DNA of 63,882 nucleotides, the filler included, from Stramenopiles sp. TOSAG23-3 (Eukaryota), in NCBI GenBank assembly GCA_900128585.1. It is 12 parts of 12 records of this genome, joined end to end, with 100 filler letters (N's around TTAATTAATTAA, not from the genome) between each part and the next. Parts side by side here need not be neighbours in the genome. Positions count along the whole stretch, not along the records: positions 41,148 to 49,263 come from LT643064.1; positions 49,364 to 57,475 come from LT643065.1; 10 more parts are not named here. One strand, 5' to 3'. Each line of letters begins with the position of its first letter. The stretch's first letter is position 1. A model generated the notes under the pieces. That model did no database searches. It had not been told where the DNA came from and saw only the letters and a list, made by a program, of their open reading frames with translations. Shown one piece after another: positions 44,806 through 55,863 of the stretch. Made by a program: the position numbers and the translations under genes.

Positions 44806-45273
44806 GAGAAGCATATTGTAATTCTCAGTTACTTTTACATGAACACAAATATACGACTATAAACTACTCGTCAATGGTAAACTAACCGGATACTAAAATT
44901 AGCGGCACAGAGTGTCAGGAGTGTGAAGAATTTTTTTATTATTTTTTTTAATTAATAGGACTACTATGATACTCCTCTAATGATTTAATATTTTATTTTG
45001 TTATTTTTTAACTTCACATCTTCTGTGATAATAATAAATACCCCATGCTGCCGTAGTCTCTACTAACTACAATATAATACTGTGGTACTACTACAACCGG
45101 CGGAGGAAAAAATGAAAAACAATGTAATTGAATTCAAAAATCAAATGTAATAAGAACCCAAACGACTGATGAGAAAGAAGAAAAGGAAAATTTCATGACC
45201 TAAGGATTATGCACGGACCAGCAGCATTCTAGTGTATCCCCTCAGCCCCCCCGTTCCCTGCGCACACCCTCAT

Positions 45274-45852
45274 ATGGCAAGCGAGATTGTTGTTACGCAT
45301 ACGGTCGACCCGTCGTTTGAGAATGACATCATCCCTGTCGTTACTGACAGTTGGCACGTGGAACTTATGAACACAGCAATCGCAGAGGCAAAAAAATGCG
45401 CCTTTTCGGACAAACACTACAGTGCTGGTTGTGTAATTGCAGTGGATGGTAAGCCTTTAACGACCGGTTTTAGTAGAGAAGTTGGGTTTGATAAACATGG
45501 TGCTGTAGATGCTGCCTGCTCCAAGCTGTCAGGGGAAGTCCCCCAATATTTTTTCAACTACGATATGTACTGCACAATAGAGCCCGGCGGAATTCGTTTA
45601 AACGGACGGGATACAGAAACTGAGCAAATTGTTGACTCGAAAATACGAAACGTTTACCTAGGAACTTGCGAACCTGGGTATTTTGTCAGAGAAAAAGGGT
45701 ACGAGGTGTTGAGAAAAGCCGGTATTGGCGTCTTTGTGGTAGACGAAACAGGGGTATCTCAAGGGAACCTTAGGAAAGCGTGTCTGGCACCGAACACTCA
45801 CCTTCTGTTCGATGGGACTGATACTATCAACAGGGTGTTAAGAGAAATGTAA
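45274..45852 (+). CDS. RibD/Rib2-like cytidine-deaminase-fold protein with degenerate Zn motifs
   Basis: AIAEAKKC..SAGCVI, TGFSRE..H, MYCTIEP..RLNG, VYLGTCEP..FV..GYEVLRKAGI. Confidence 0.75.
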   Translation: MASEIVVTHTVDPSFENDIIPVVTDSWHVELMNTAIAEAKKCAFSDKHYSAGCVIAVDGKPLTTGFSREVGFDKHGAVDAACSKLSGEVPQYFFNYDMYCTIEPGGIRLNGRDTETEQIVDSKIRNVYLGTCEPGYFVREKGYEVLRKAGIGVFVVDETGVSQGNLRKACLAPNTHLLFDGTDTINRVLREM

Positions 45853-46141
45853 ATTGGCCGAATGGTTGGTAGCCGCCTGTCCTGGTTATTTGCGGCTACA
45901 GTGTTTTTAAGAAGGCAGATACTTCATTTAGTCTCACTTCATTCGTATTAGTATTCGTTTTAATGAAATTTATAAAATTTGTAGACGTATATAACAGGAT
46001 TAAAAAAAAACTGTATCATATGATATGTTAAAATTTGTTTTAAAATTATAAGATAGGACGTGCGTAATTTATAAAATACTACACACGAGTATCGGAATAA
46101 TTAGTTACGCAATTAATATTTTCTACGAAGTACGAAATAAA

Positions 46142-48949
46142 TCAACCAAATTTCCCGAACCCCATTTTTAAAGCCAACTCTTGGCATTGGCTCTGTACCT
46201 GGAACGACCCGCACTCCTCGTAAATATGATACAGCCTGGCCCCATCCCCGAGTTTATAGGCGAGGTTCATTGCGTTTTCCCAATTCTTCAATTTTTCCCA
46301 CAAATCAAGTTGTTTGTATTCATCCTTAACCATTCTTACATAGTGGGCGGCTTCCCCCATTTCGCCCTTGAGCATGCATGTATTCGCAAATGGAACGTAC
46401 CCAATTGGCGACTTTCGTTCCTTTGCAAACCGCCTTAAGGCGACCCACTCGCCCCTGTCTGACAGTGCCAATAATTTGATGTACCAGAATCGTCTGTCTG
46501 AGACTTTAAAGTCAATGCGCATTGTATCGGCCATGTGTGAATATTCGGGGATCCCCAATTTCAAAAGTTTTCTCATTGTGTCAGTTACTGAAAAGTCTAC
46601 AAAGGTGCCCGTGCCAAACTTTTTTTCGAGATCTGCTTGCAAGGCCAGCAAGTTACGGTGTTCAGAGGAGACTGCGGCAGAAAATTTAGCGGTGAGCTGC
46701 CCATCCTTACCGTTAGAACTGGAACGCGCCGAAACTGCATACATTTCTTGGCAAAAATTCATTCTATCAAGGCGTTTTGACAGGGACGGGCTGTTGTAAG
46801 CTAGCTTTGCCATCAGATTGGCAGCTTTTGTGTGCTCCTCTGTGTAGTCGTACAACTTGGCCAAGAATCCATCAAACATCGATGACTCTGTGTCGGGGCG
46901 CCCGGACAATATTTTGCTATCAGCAGATTTGAGAAACGGGTCTAGAGCCTTGCGTTTAATCTCTGTCGAGTACTTATGGAGATGCGACTCCAGCAAAATA
47001 CAAGCATCTGGGACTGCAATTAGGAGTTTCAAAAAACTTTCCTCGCAATCGTTCTGCGCACCGCTGCTTTCGTCCTGCGGTATAAGCCTGCTCTTTATGG
47101 CGAACAACGTTTTGTACACCAAATTGGTATCTCTGGAATGGACAGCACTGGCAAGTGCTTTCCCGTTCTGCTGCAGTTCCAGGAGCATGTTCGTTCGGTT
47201 TGAAGCCAAAGGTTCAAATTCCAAGAGTTTAGCCGCCAGGACTGGACGGTTGACGTTGGCTGCGACGCGTGCAATTTTTCTGTACGAAATGTTCTTCTCC
47301 GAGCATAGTTTTGTTTCCAGTAGGGTGCATAACTCATCATCGCTTATATGAGATTTCGTCCGCTCTACTTTGGCGCATGCCCAATGCACTAGCACGGGAG
47401 AAGAGCTTACCCCTTGCTCTTTGCAAACCCGCAGTGCCAATCCATGCAAATGGCGTTTTGTAAGTCGGTCTACCACTAAGTCGTTGCCGCACATATGGTA
47501 CTGTTCAACTGTCATGGGAATCCCTACTTCGGGCAAGGATAGCGTCTTCAACAAGCGCAAATTCCATGCGATATGCTGCACCTTTTCTGATTCGTACTTT
47601 AACTCATCTAAGCAGAAACCATACCCATAAGACGCGGCCTGCAACACGTCAGAAGCAGTGAACGGGTGGTGATCTGGAAATTCAGCGACGGCAACTGCGA
47701 GCAAGTCTTTCACCGCCTGCACCAACTTCCCGTCGTCAATTAATGCACGGATCGAATCGTCCACGCGGGTTTCGTTGTTTGCATCGGACTGCCATATATC
47801 AAAGAGAAGCGCGGACGGTCCTGTGCCCCCGGTTTCAAATGTTTTCGATAACCTGTTCGAGTATTTTTTTAGAAGTTCGTGCTGCTCAGGCTTCACCATC
47901 CGGCAGGAATCCAATTCCTGCACCAGCACCGTGCTATCGGAAGATTCCTCAAATTTCACTGATTCCCCTTTTGGACCTATCATTAGAAGACCAAAGTTTT
48001 TCCATTCTAACAGGACCCCATGCTCACCCACCCACACCATCTGCCGAGGAACGGTTGCCGACCCCGTGTCTATTTTCATGTTCATCCTTTCCTTCAAGTT
48101 TTCTTTGAGTACAATCAAATTCCCATCCATACACCAGCACGCAACTAAGCCGCCGCCCGGTATAACAGCCATTTTCATAACTTTAGCGGGCAAAACCTCC
48201 CTCAGATTTAAGTCTGTGATGTCTTTACCACAGACATGCAAAATAGATCTATCCGATGTTCCGAAGAGCACGCGAACCCTGCCATCAGTTGGATTTAGTA
48301 CGTTTAACACTGCCATGCACGTTATAGTGCGCTTTGAGGCGCCACGAGGATCAATAAATATAGAATGCCTCCCCAACATGTATATGTCGTCCAAGGACGC
48401 AGCGGCCATATCCTCTACAAACAGAACACGCCCGGACTCACAGAGAAGAATCAGCCCTGTCTGAAAACGCTCGTCGTCGTCAAAGCTGACAAAACTGCCC
48501 GAATCAGATATGCCATCTGGGCGCTCAACGTTGCAGAATGACCGCTGGACCGGCGAACAAAGCATCACCCGATCGTCACTGGCGGGGGGCAAAATTTCAA
48601 ACACCGAAGGTCCCACGCCGTGCATGTTGTACATAAAAACTGCCCCCAATTTGGAGACTAGTATGAGCTCTTCTGAGCCTGTCCAGAATGCCCCACCTGG
48701 TGCCAATTTGAAGTGATCTGGCATTTCCCCCGAGCCGATAAGGTTGCCGCACGGAGAATATATCTCCAGCCGGTTGCCCCCGACATAATCAGTGACGCGG
48801 TTAGTATCTTGAAAAACGGCGATGGGCCCCCCAAACGGGGCTGCAACAAATACTCGTGAATCAAAATCTTCCTCCGAAAGGCCCCAGTCCATATCATACA
48901 CACGCTTGCGCATAAACGCAACATTGCCCAGGTAAAGGTCGTTTTCCAT
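46142..48949 (-). CDS. VPS16: HOPS/CORVET subunit Vps16
   Basis: VYDMDW..AAPFGGPIA, HWACAKV, ISYRKIA..LAAKLLEFEP, FKVSDRRFWYIKL, KSPIGYVPF. Confidence 0.95.
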   Translation of the reverse strand: MENDLYLGNVAFMRKRVYDMDWGLSEEDFDSRVFVAAPFGGPIAVFQDTNRVTDYVGGNRLEIYSPCGNLIGSGEMPDHFKLAPGGAFWTGSEELILVSKLGAVFMYNMHGVGPSVFEILPPASDDRVMLCSPVQRSFCNVERPDGISDSGSFVSFDDDERFQTGLILLCESGRVLFVEDMAAASLDDIYMLGRHSIFIDPRGASKRTITCMAVLNVLNPTDGRVRVLFGTSDRSILHVCGKDITDLNLREVLPAKVMKMAVIPGGGLVACWCMDGNLIVLKENLKERMNMKIDTGSATVPRQMVWVGEHGVLLEWKNFGLLMIGPKGESVKFEESSDSTVLVQELDSCRMVKPEQHELLKKYSNRLSKTFETGGTGPSALLFDIWQSDANNETRVDDSIRALIDDGKLVQAVKDLLAVAVAEFPDHHPFTASDVLQAASYGYGFCLDELKYESEKVQHIAWNLRLLKTLSLPEVGIPMTVEQYHMCGNDLVVDRLTKRHLHGLALRVCKEQGVSSSPVLVHWACAKVERTKSHISDDELCTLLETKLCSEKNISYRKIARVAANVNRPVLAAKLLEFEPLASNRTNMLLELQQNGKALASAVHSRDTNLVYKTLFAIKSRLIPQDESSGAQNDCEESFLKLLIAVPDACILLESHLHKYSTEIKRKALDPFLKSADSKILSGRPDTESSMFDGFLAKLYDYTEEHTKAANLMAKLAYNSPSLSKRLDRMNFCQEMYAVSARSSSNGKDGQLTAKFSAAVSSEHRNLLALQADLEKKFGTGTFVDFSVTDTMRKLLKLGIPEYSHMADTMRIDFKVSDRRFWYIKLLALSDRGEWVALRRFAKERKSPIGYVPFANTCMLKGEMGEAAHYVRMVKDEYKQLDLWEKLKNWENAMNLAYKLGDGARLYHIYEECGSFQVQSQCQELALKMGFGKFG

Positions 48950-49795
48950 TGGAGAATGAAATTAAACGGAAGCACTAGCGCCCCTTCCTTTTAAATACCG
49001 CCGGGCAGAAACCGTTCAACCGGTGGTTCTCTTTTCTTATCCACCCCCCACCCCCCACCCCGTTCGTTAATTTTTGGGACAGTCGTTGTTGTGCGCGGGC
49101 TTCAGCTCTTCTTTTTTGCTCATATATATTTAATTAATTTGTTAGATCGTCTTTTTCTTCGTGCGTATATTATGGTATTCGGCTGCTTACCTATGGAAAT
49201 AAAGCAATCGAATGAAGGCTTTTTATCCTATAATTCACCATGTTATTATAAATAATAATAATANNNNNNNNNNNNNNNNNNNNNNNNNNNNNNNNNNNNN
49301 NNNNNNNTTAATTAATTAANNNNNNNNNNNNNNNNNNNNNNNNNNNNNNNNNNNNNNNNNNNNATTATTATTCATTTATATTCCTTCCTCTATTTAAATT
49401 AGTAGTGATCTACCTATCCTCGTATAATAGACTCTTTAGTAGAGCTTATACGAGGAATTTAAAATCTCAGTCTGACTCTTAGAGCATCATTCATTCATTT
49501 TCATTCATGGTAGTATTAATAAACAACTTATTATTTTAATAATAAATTAGGAAACTACTTGGTAGTCTATAAGAAAGGCAATTATTTGTTCAATGGTGGA
49601 CGTCATCATAAAATGTACAAGAGTTACATAGATGCTGCACTTAGTTTGCATTAATTTCAAAAAGTTTTGAGTAGCCAATTTATGCTGTCTATCCTTTGCT
49701 CTATTTATTGCAATTTTTAACTTTTAAACGCCAGCTTGTATTTGCTTCTTTAAAGGCTTGCTGCTACAGAAACCCTTAGCACAGAAATCATCATC

Positions 49796-50863
49796 ATGTC
49801 CAACGGAGAAACGTTTTCCACCCCTCTCACAAAGTTGTTTGGTATCAAGCACCCGGTTGTACTCGCTGGTATGAACGTTGCCGCAGGGCCCGAACTGGCA
49901 GCTGCAGTATGCAACGCTGGCGGTTTGGGTGTTATTGGTGGGCTAGGGTACACGCCAAAGTTCATGAGAGAAGTTATCGCGGAATTGAAGGCCGACTTGA
50001 AGGACAAAAATGCCCCGTTCGGTATTGACCTCCTGCTCCCCCAGGTCGGAGGGAACGCAAGGAAAACGAACCATGACTACACTGGTGGGCAGCTCCCAGA
50101 GTTGATTGACGTTATCATCGAAAGCGGCGCCCGGCTGTTTGTCAGCGCGGTCGGCGTTCCTCCCCGATGGGCAGTGGAGAAATTGCACAGCGCTGGTATT
50201 ATTTGCATGAATATGATCGGTTCTACCCGGCACGTCAAGAAGGCGTTGGCTGCTGGGATGGACATTATTTGCGCCCAAGGGACCGAGGGTGGCGGCCACA
50301 CGGGGGACACGGCTACGTCTGTTCTTATCCCGCAAGTGGTTGATTTGTGCAGTGGGAAAAAGTCGGAGTTGACAGGCCAGCAAGTTCTGGTCGTCGCTGC
50401 TGGCGGCATTTACGACAGCCGCGGACTTGCGATGTCGTTGGCACTAGGGGCTTCTGGCGTCTGGGTCGGTACACGGTTTATTTGCGCCGAAGAAGCAGGT
50501 GCACCTCCAGCCCACCAAAAGACCGTGTTGGGCCTGTCCTCCGAGGGCACGGCCAGGACGATTATATTCACTGGGCGACCATTAAGAGGAGCGACCACCC
50601 CTTACGTGAAAGACTGGGAAGACAACAAGCAAGACAAAATCAAAGAGCTAACCGGAAAAGGAATATTACCGGTCGCATGGGACGTGCAGCAGCACGAAAA
50701 ACGAGGCGAGGAGCTGTCTCCAATGGACTACAGGTACTGGCTGATGGGCCAAGCCGCGGGCGGTGTGAAAAAAATTACCCCGGCCAAGGAGATCATCGAC
50801 GAAATGGTCGATGGTGCCGTAAAGATTATGCGCCACAATGTCAGCATTATCTCTCGTATCTGA
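49796..50863 (+). CDS. Nitronate monooxygenase / 2-nitropropane dioxygenase family protein
   Basis: PVVLAGM, NAGGLGVIG, QGTEGGGHTG, VAAGGI.D.RG, GVWVGTRF. Confidence 0.93.
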   Translation: MSNGETFSTPLTKLFGIKHPVVLAGMNVAAGPELAAAVCNAGGLGVIGGLGYTPKFMREVIAELKADLKDKNAPFGIDLLLPQVGGNARKTNHDYTGGQLPELIDVIIESGARLFVSAVGVPPRWAVEKLHSAGIICMNMIGSTRHVKKALAAGMDIICAQGTEGGGHTGDTATSVLIPQVVDLCSGKKSELTGQQVLVVAAGGIYDSRGLAMSLALGASGVWVGTRFICAEEAGAPPAHQKTVLGLSSEGTARTIIFTGRPLRGATTPYVKDWEDNKQDKIKELTGKGILPVAWDVQQHEKRGEELSPMDYRYWLMGQAAGGVKKITPAKEIIDEMVDGAVKIMRHNVSIISRI

Positions 50864-50927
50864 TTTCTTTTTTGGCGATGAACCTTTCACTCCCGGAAAA
50901 ACAAAATTTAAAGTTTTTACTTTATAG

Positions 50928-52190
50928 GAAAAAAACAAATTATATATAGTAGTATGTTTTAACTTTTAAATAATAATAGGAAAAAACAAATTATACTTTA
51001 TTAGAGGTATCATGAGTTATGATATTTTACTGAGTTTTGGAATTTAAATTTGACCAAAAATAAATAAAATATGATCATTGGACACATTTATGCACTGCTG
51101 TGTTATTCTAAAGAACAACATGCTAAATTTAATTACTTAAAATAACAGCCAATTTTCTTGTTTTTAAAGAACAACACTAAGAAAATTGGCTCCTGTGTTC
51201 GTTTTATTTTAAGTAATTTTATAAGATTAATGTACTTGCGAACTGAACTCTACTGGTGTGATTTCAGTAATCAAAATATACCCTTGTCACTTAGTCTTGA
51301 CTATCATTTTCAGATGTACTCCATGCATGATCCCATAAGACCCATAATCAACTTCCTCATACGATATTTCACTCATACATGAATAATCCCTTGTGTGGTT
51401 TTCCAAGCAGCGGCGTGAATGTTTTAAAGGTGCTCGTTGTCTGTCTTGTAAACCAATCAAGGAATTGTCATTTGTGAATTGAGGTGTCGAAGGGGGGTCG
51501 TTTAAGTCCGTTTGCATAATTGGCGTTTGTGAGTGCTATTCCAATGATGAAGATTCGGTAGGCAATGCGATGTGATGACCAGTGAAATTAACCGCCAAGA
51601 AATTAACGTCGCAAGGAACGTAGACCATATATAACGCTATTCCCAGTTTCACGATAGATTATTACAGAAAAATTTGTTTTGTTTTGTTGTTGTCGGTTAA
51701 AAAATGCATCTCCTTGACACAGCATCGTTTATGTGTTGTAAAATATAGGTGATTTCCCCCGATGTTATTTCTATATCCATATTCGAGGCCAGTAGTAGCA
51801 GCGCAGCGTCTTCATATTAAAACAGTTTTGGTATTTTTTTGCTTTTAAATGTTTTAATCTAATTTTCTTTTTAATTTTAAAATTAAAATGCTGTTTAACT
51901 TATTTTTACTATTAAAAACAAGAAAATTGGCTGTTATTTTTAAGTAATTAAATTTAGCTTCCTCATACCCTAAACCTAAATTGATTCTGCAATTTTGTTT
52001 CGTTGTTGGTTGTCAATCACCGAGGGATGATATAATTTCCAATGAACAATTTAATTCCTTTTGTCCGTTATCGGCCTCATCCGATATCTCACTCAGAGAT
52101 AACTCAATCCTTTTTGAGGTGCTCGTTGTCTGTCTTGTAAATCGGTCAAGGGGTTGTCATCTGTGGGTTGAGATTTTTACTAAAATCTAC
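50928..52190. repeat. Cluster of the 3'-flank repeat family between convergent genes
   Basis: End motif forward at 51128 and reversed at 51178 and 51913; two decayed ORF copies on the minus strand. Confidence 0.9.
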
Positions 52191-52245
52191 TTTTAAGTAG
52201 TGGTTTTGTACGTTCATTTGTTGAGGCAAAGAAGTGCCCCTCAAA

Positions 52246-52731
52246 TTATTCTGCAATGTCAAATATTAAACCAACACCTGCCAAGACCCATTGGTCTGGA
52301 TGGGGTTTACTTTTTACTTGAGCACTGAAGACGAATGTAGGACCACGATTTTCAGCCTTGTACACTGGTGCGCGAAAAATGCCTCCATCTTCATCCTTTT
52401 CTCTCACAATAGCTCGGCATAGCACTATAGGCATGGCGCAATACATTTCTTTTGGTTTCGATGTCATGATAGACTGTTGTCCAATATCGTATCTCGCCCC
52501 TTGCATAAAAAAACCAGACATGAAAGCCCCGTCCTTCGCATGATTCTCAATCTGATCGACTTTTTCTTTCTTACTCCACTCAGTGAGAGTAACTAGCTTG
52601 TCAAGTTCGAGGTTGTTTCTTTGTGCGCCGATCTGCTTGATGTTCCTTTACAACCCGACTCTCTTCTGTAGCTTCCATGAAAAGCTTGGACAGCTGCCAT
52701 CGTTCGCGTTCTTTTCTTCATCATCCGCCAT
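52246..52731 (-). pseudogene. Axonemal dynein heavy chain relic: short ATG segment joined in frame to the extreme C-terminus
   Basis: IKQIGAQRNNLELDKL..DGAFMSGFFMQGARYD..PVYK..RGPTFVF..WVLAGVGL is an outer-arm beta-type C-terminus; it is preceded in frame by MADDEEK..FSWKLQKRVGL and a TAA at 52650-52648. Confidence 0.85.
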
Positions 52732-54014
52732 GCTGGCCTACAACCGTCGAGTATCCGAATCACAGCACGAAAGAGGTTTGGAAATCAGTCAACCCACACG
52801 ATTATAAACAGGATAATATATATACGAACTGGACCTGCTCGTAAACACTTTCGATACAAACAAACAGGAATATCAATGCAAAACTCATACGACTAAACGA
52901 AGAGCTTCACGGAAAAAGGTAATCGTTCATTCATTGGGAAAGTAGAAGTGTGTGAGGAGAAAGTAGTAAAGTAAAAAGTCATGCAAAAAACAGAGGAAAG
53001 AAGTTATCACACACGCAGCAAGGATCATCATCACACCTTTAACATCATTATAACATAGAAAATAAAATAACGATAAAAAAAATCAACCAAACAGCGAACA
53101 GTTTAAACTACTCACAACGAAGAAGTACTTCGATTGGAAAGAAAAGGAATTAAGAAAATTGATAGAGAAGGATCATACATACATAGAGCAGGTGTTCATA
53201 AGAGGAAGTATACAGATTTAGTCGTTTAATATAAGTTTAAAATAGAATTGCCATTTTCATAAATATATACTTAATGATATATATTACACTATAATATTCT
53301 CCCTATTTATTTGAATTTTTAATTGATGCTGTTGTCTGGTGTTCCTTACCATATATTCGTTGGTTCATTTTCTTACAGGTTGTTTTCATATATTAAATAA
53401 ACTTGAAATTGGCGGGGTGCTTGCTGTATTGATGGTGTGATACTTGTGTTTTTGCTTCAAAAAGTAAGGAATTTGTATCGATCGATCGATGAGTGAATGA
53501 GAGGTTTGTTTTTCTTTAGATAGATGACGAATATATAGTATCATAACAGCTATATAATCGTCTTAGTGATAAAGAATTACGAAATATTTAAAAATCTTAT
53601 CTTAAATAAATACTTACCTTTTAAACAAGAAAATCCTTTGCTCTTTTTATATTATTCTTATTTCAACCAATCATTAAGTCTCTTTTTGAACTAGAATAAA
53701 TAATACGTAGCTATTAATATAGGACACAAAACTCATTAATAATATAGATAAGGGAATACTACAGTATAATAATAAGCAAAAAATTAAATATTATTAATAA
53801 TTTTACAGGTACATACAATATAAAATGCCTAAAATGTGCCAATGGCCCAACTTCGAAATGATGGCTTTTAATGTTTCAACGATAGTTTCAGTTTCAGCTT
53901 TACGCAAATAGAACAAACTAAAGAGACATTTCAAGTGCATGGATAAAAGGTTTGATAGTAACTCTTGTTAAGACCCCCCCCCCCCGCATGCAACGTATCC
54001 AACACCATTCAACG

Positions 54015-54801
54015 ATGAAACAAATACACCATATTGTTTGCCTAAGTCTACTGCTGGCTTCCATTTTCAGCGGTGCTCGAGGACAGGATTGCTCCGTGGA
54101 AGACTTTTGTTGTACATTTCCTGAAGACACAGAGGATGGTTCGTTCACCAAAATTGCTCACCATAGGTCGAATGGATATTGCTTTATACAAGGCTCGGTG
54201 GTAGAGAGTGATTGCCCAACAGGTTGGCATTATCAACCGGATTACTCGCAATGTATTCACAACCCTTCAGCGTGGAGTACGAATAGTTTCTCTAACTTGA
54301 AATCATGCGCAGAATCATCACACAGTTGCCCAAGCGTTGAAGATTTATGCGGCAATCCAACATTACGCAGTGGCCAACGTTTGATGCTCAATTGCCACGT
54401 CCAAGCGGACGAAGTCATTCATGCTTGCCCCCCCCGGATGGCAAAACCAGGGTCACCAATGCGTAAAGAGTGTACTCGCAGGCATGTCTTATTATAAGAG
54501 ACCCGAACAAGAGACCGAACACGAGGAGAACGCGTTTGAGAAATGTTTTAAAACAAAAAACCTACATGAGTGCCCACATTATGCTTCTCTTGAGGGGGAG
54601 AAATTTACGCAACTAACGGGGTTTGATGGAACAAGATGGGGTTCTGATCTTGAATGGGCGGTTGGTTTCCTGGATCAACACTTGAATGCCAAGGAAATGA
54701 TAACTTGCTACTGTAATGGATGCGAGGTTGAGCTGAAGACTTGCACAAAGGACCACGGGGGATTGGACTGGTCATGTGAACTATTATCATCGTGCTCTTA
54801 A
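54015..54801 (+). CDS. Secreted Cys-rich protein; 1-nt frameshift in a C run near 54430
   Basis: Signal peptide MKQIHHIVCLSLLLA; CPTGW..C repeat restored as CPPGWQNQGHQC by removing one C. Confidence 0.75.
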
Positions 54802-55188
54802 TTAATTGACCGCCGCTGTTTACTTGCCAGTTGGAATCTTGACCAGAACTTGGGGGAGACATACGAATACGCCCTGAAGTGGAAAATCCANNNNNNNNNN
54901 NNNNNNNNNNNNNNNNNNNNNNNNNNNNNNNNNNNNNNNNNNNNNNNNNNNNNNNNNNNNNNACTTGGGGAGGATCCGTAATAGGAGGAGACATTGTTCT
55001 TGAACTGACACCTTCTTTTTTTCTTTTTAATTTTAATTACTATAAAAAATAACAGCCAAATTTTTCTTATAATTAATTGAAAACTGCACGCGTGTTTACA
55101 AAAAAAATATTTTACACTCGTAATTATTACTCGTGCGAAGTATATAACGTATAAGAACTATAAATAACAAATTATATAGTATAAGAAC

Positions 55189-55377
55189 TTACTTAGAGAA
55201 CCGGAGGCCAAGGGATTTGCGTTCGCCCTTCGCGCACTTGAGACCGTAAAGCGGGCATTTGACCACATACTCGTCGGCCTCGGGACCATAGTCTTCAGTG
55301 CGGTATTTCCAAGAGAACGGACGGATTATCTTCACTTTTTGCCCAAGATCATTGGTAAAGGGTGGGCCTGGCCCGCC
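55189..55377 (-). pseudogene. Possible Ty1/copia reverse transcriptase relic
   Basis: Startless 62-codon frame ..KVKIIRP..EDYGPEADEYVVKCPLYGLKCA.. in a GC-rich island. Confidence 0.35.
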
Positions 55378-55863
55378 TCAGTCGTCGTCTCGTTTCGAAC
55401 CTAGGTTTGCACGCCATTGAGCCTGATGACTTCTATATAGACACACCATTATTATTATTAATTTAATAAAAAAACAAAGTTTTAGCTAAATAATAATAAT
55501 GGAAATGACTAAAAAAATTTGCACTGAAACCAAAAGTTAGTGCTATCTTTATGTTATATTTATTTATAGTTGGTGCATGGTTCCTCGGTACGAACGAGGG
55601 ACGACGAGAGGGACGGAAGGGAGGAGAGAAAAAAAAAGAAGTAAGAGAACCAACAACAAAAAAGAAAAAACAACAAAAAACAAGAAAATGAATTATGACG
55701 CAAACGCACGGCACGCACAAAAAAACGACGAAGAACAAATGTGGGAACAGCAGAATAATGATACGAACTTTTGCTGCGTAAAAATTATACAAATAAACGA
55801 GATTCGAACACCTTTTGCTTCGGAACAGAGACTTCCATTTTTGAAGGCTGAAGCGACCAGAAA

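Noticed and set aside
54425-54440. Programmed frameshift in the Cys-rich gene
   Set aside because: A single extra base in a C run is most simply a homopolymer error.
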